The position numbers were made by a program, and so were the translations under genes. Below, one piece after another: positions 61,470 to 64,000 of a stretch of DNA of 64,000 bases. The notes under the pieces are model-generated. The model ran no database searches, was not told where the DNA came from, and saw nothing but the letters and a program-made list of their open reading frames with translations. The DNA comes from Phaeosaccion multiseriatum (lineage: Eukaryota; Protista; Ochrophyta, other classes), in the NCBI GenBank assembly GCA_965112735.1, contig OZ218965.1, positions 1 through 64,000 of the forward strand, given 5' to 3'. How positions within the stretch are numbered: position 1 is the stretch's first letter; every line of letters starts with the position of its first letter.

Positions 61470-62281
61470 TGAAAGTGCGGTTCCCGTGCTTGCTGTCACT
61501 GTGGTAACTGCCGCAAGTGCCCCTCGAGCTTTCTGTAACTGCTGCAACTGCCCCTCGAGCTCCCCTGCCGTGGCGAGCTCCGTAAATCCGTTGGGCACGA
61601 AGATGGACGTTCGCCTCCTCTTTGGTGGCGTGGCGACGCACTTGCCAAAGTTGCCAAAGTTGCGAAAGCTGCGAAAGCCCACCTCCACATCTGTCAATGA
61701 ATGCACCCTCACATCTGTCAATGAATGCACCCTCACATCTGTCAATGAATGCACCCTCACATCTGCAGACCGAAGATGTGGAGGGCGTTACGAGTTTCGA
61801 ACGAAGGCGTGTGCGTGTGCGTGTGCGTGTGCGTGTGCGTGTGCTGTACGAAAGAAGGGGGAAGGTGTAACGGGAAGGTAAGGGATATGTAAGGGGTGTG
61901 TAGGCGGTACGTAAAGGATGTGTAGGCGGTACGTAAGGAGTGTGTCGGCGGTATGTAAGGGGTATGTAGGCGGTATGTAAGGGGTATGTAGGCGGTATGT
62001 AAGGGGTATGTAGGCGGTATGTAAGGGGTATGTAGGCGGTATGTAAGGGGTGTGCAAGTGGGTGGTGAGGGCCGGGGGGGGGGGGGGGGTGGGGAGCAAG
62101 ACAAGCAAAAGTTTGGGCAGACATAAAGAGACCTTGACACACGCGAAGGGAGTGGGGGACACACACAACACGCACAGATGCACACACAGACGCACGCACA
62201 GACGCACGCACAGACGCACGCACCGTCGACTCCGCTCTTGTTCCTGGCGCCCTTCGCCTCCAGCTCCGCCAAAGTGTCCAT
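61470..62281 (-). CDS. Possible exons of a hypothetical or degenerate gene (may continue to the acidic ORF at 60206-60590)
   Basis: [19 protein letters not shown]|[18 protein letters not shown]| are phase-1 compatible GT-AG exons. No domain recognised; downstream joins unresolved. Confidence 0.3.
61885..62052. repeat. 22-bp minisatellite (GTATGTAAGGGGTATGTAGGCG)
   Basis: About 7 tandem units. Confidence 0.9.
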
Positions 62282-62778
62282 AAAGGACCTTTCTACCCTT
62301 CCTTTCTTCCTCTCTTCTTCCTACTGCTATTCATTCTACTGTTGTTGCTGTTGTTGTTCCTGCTGCTACTGCTGCTGCTGCTGTCCGCACCACCGCTGCC
62401 GTGGTCGGGACTCGGCCTCTTCCTCCTCCTCCTCCTCCTCCTGGCGCTGCTGTATCACCAACTGCTGCACGTCCATGCCTCTCTGCCCTGAAGAGGGGGG
62501 CCGCACAGACCACAACGCTCGGAGGAGTGTTCCGAGGAGAGTTCCGAGGAGAGTTCTTGGTCGGCAGAGAGGAGTGTTCCGAGGAATGTTCTTGGTCGGC
62601 AGAGGACCTCTCACCCACTCAAAACAGCAGGGGAGACCGCGAAACAAACTGAACCGAAAGCTGAAGCTGGAATTTCAAATTGAGGGCCGAGAGAGAGAGA
62701 GAGAGATAGCTGACACCGAAACTGTCCCTTCATTCTTCTGGAGAGGACTGGTACTGAAACTGTTTGTCCCTGTGCCTA

Positions 62779-63688
62779 TCACCAGTAGAATGTCCCCGGC
62801 AGGTACTTGTTGACGAGGGGCTCGAGCCACGCACGCGCCTGTGGAACAGAGGGCGCTTGGCGGGAGGGAGGGAAGCTCGACCCGGGGGGGCTCGACCCGG
62901 GGGGGCTCGACCCGAGGGGGTTGCACATGCTCACGCTGCGGACAGTGGCTCTGGAGGGAGGGAGGGAAATATCACCGGGGGGGGGGGGGTAAGCGGTGTC
63001 AGGACGGGGAACCGTTTGCACACTCGTCTCTTTGCCCGCACTCCCTCTGCCTCTCGCTCCCTCTCGCTCCCTCTCCCCCTCTCTCCCGGTCCCTCCCCGC
63101 CCTCCCCTCCCTCCCTCCTCCCTCCCTCCCTCCCTCCCTCCCTCCCTCCCTCCCTCCCTCCCTCCCTCCCTCCCTCCCTCCCTTCCCCTCACTCTGCCTC
63201 ACCTCCTCACAGCGTCGAACTGCTGCACCTTGCCGAGTACCTCCCTGTCCCTGTCACTCTCGAGCTCTCGATACGCCCCTCTGGCGTGCCACAGCTCTAG
63301 GGGCCAGTAACGCACCAGAGAGAGAGCCTCCGGGGGGAGGTGGTTGCTGGGATGGCAGTGGATGGCAGTGGATGGCAGTGGATGGCAGTGGATGGAAGTG
63401 GATGGCATATGGGCACCGGAGAGTGTCAGGACGGGTTAGGGTTAGGGTTGGGACCAACACCCAATAAGGAGGGCTGCCTGCCCGCATGCCTGCCCCCCCT
63501 GCCCTCCTTGCCTGTCCCACTCCTCGTATCACCAACTGCTGAACTGACCTGGAGCGTTTGTTGCTGAGCACCGCGTGAAGGTACTCGGTGCCTGCCCATG
63601 GCAGCAGCACGGCATCCAACCCGCACCCCGCACAGTTCATACCCAAGGGGGGCACACTGTAGAGGGGGTGCAGGCAGTCGGAGTTGAG
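62779..63688 (-). CDS. 3' exons of a hypothetical gene that probably starts beyond the window
   Basis: Exons 63688-63549, 63346-63211, 62838-62779 join in phase: LNSDCLHPLY..NKRS|SNHLPPEALSLVRYWPLELW..QFDA|ARAWLEPLVNKYLPGTFYW*. Confidence 0.5.
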
Positions 63689-64000
63689 CTGCAGGGGAGA
63701 GGAGGGCAGGGCAGGGGGGTAGGAGGGCAGGGCAGGGGGGTGGTCCCACATGGTTCCAGATGGTTCCAGATGGTCCCAGATGGAAAAAGGGCAAATCGTC
63801 CGACATGGTCCCAGATGGTAGGAAGAGGGTCAGTCAGAGGCAGACAAGAGCTGTCCCCCATACTCGGGCATATGGGCGGCGTGGCAAAACAGCAAGAGCC
63901 CCCACAGCGCCCTAAAAGGGCTCTTGGCCGTGTGTGGTGACCGCTCAGCTCCCCTCTCCTCCCGTCCCTCCTCTCCCCATCTACTGCATCTCTTTCCCGT

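Larger units (their letters stand above)
10083..63408. repeat. Dispersed motif B, consensus GGATGGCAGTGGATGG/CCATCCACTGCCATCC
   Basis: More than 20 copies on both strands; tandem 10-bp form (GATGGCAGTG)n at 63351-63408. Confidence 0.92.
29586..63536. repeat. Dispersed motif A, core TATCACCAAC/GTTGGTGATA (consensus GCTGTATCACCAACTGC)
   Basis: 21 exact 10-mer copies counted by eye plus many 1-mismatch variants, on both strands. Confidence 0.92.

Noticed and set aside
57108-62480. TAG-to-Gln recoding, suggested by TAG codons inside in-frame Gln runs (~57140-57160, ~62320-62370; also 35423-35550)
   Set aside because: All lie in (CAG/GCA/GTA) microsatellites. No TAG interrupts any conserved domain or the 860- and 955-aa Gln-rich ORFs, and TAG appears to serve as a stop at 23769 and 52698.

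Overview
Left end of a GC-rich, intron-rich eukaryotic chromosome, probably an alga with a complex red plastid (two genes carry signal peptide + Phe bipartite plastid leaders). The window opens with ~6.9 kb of (CCTGG)n, most likely mis-basecalled telomere. This grades into true (CCCTAA)n and then a 42-bp subtelomeric satellite. A rearranged zone (9-24 kb) follows, holding relics of a calpain-7-like gene, a Gypsy integrase, a TPR-GT41 glycosyltransferase and a kinase, plus two intact spliced copies and one relic of a leader-bearing STAND-like P-loop ATPase. One ATPase copy sits inside a GT41 intron between direct repeats. The core region (24-64 kb) encodes plastid RbgA/YlqF, Fpg, FUN14, a METTL21-like methyltransferase, an FNIP-repeat protein, an EST1/SMG6-like protein with a Regnase-type NYN nuclease, an SH2-TPR protein and a Cys-rich thylakoid-lumen protein, and contains an 840-bp palindrome. 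The most striking unexplained signal is two short motifs (consensus GCTGTATCACCAACTGC and GGATGGCAGTGGATGG). Each occurs 20 or more times on both strands, in introns, intergenic DNA and exons in several reading frames, which points to DNA- or RNA-level selection. Gene models were spliced by eye and family calls rest on motif recognition, not database searches.
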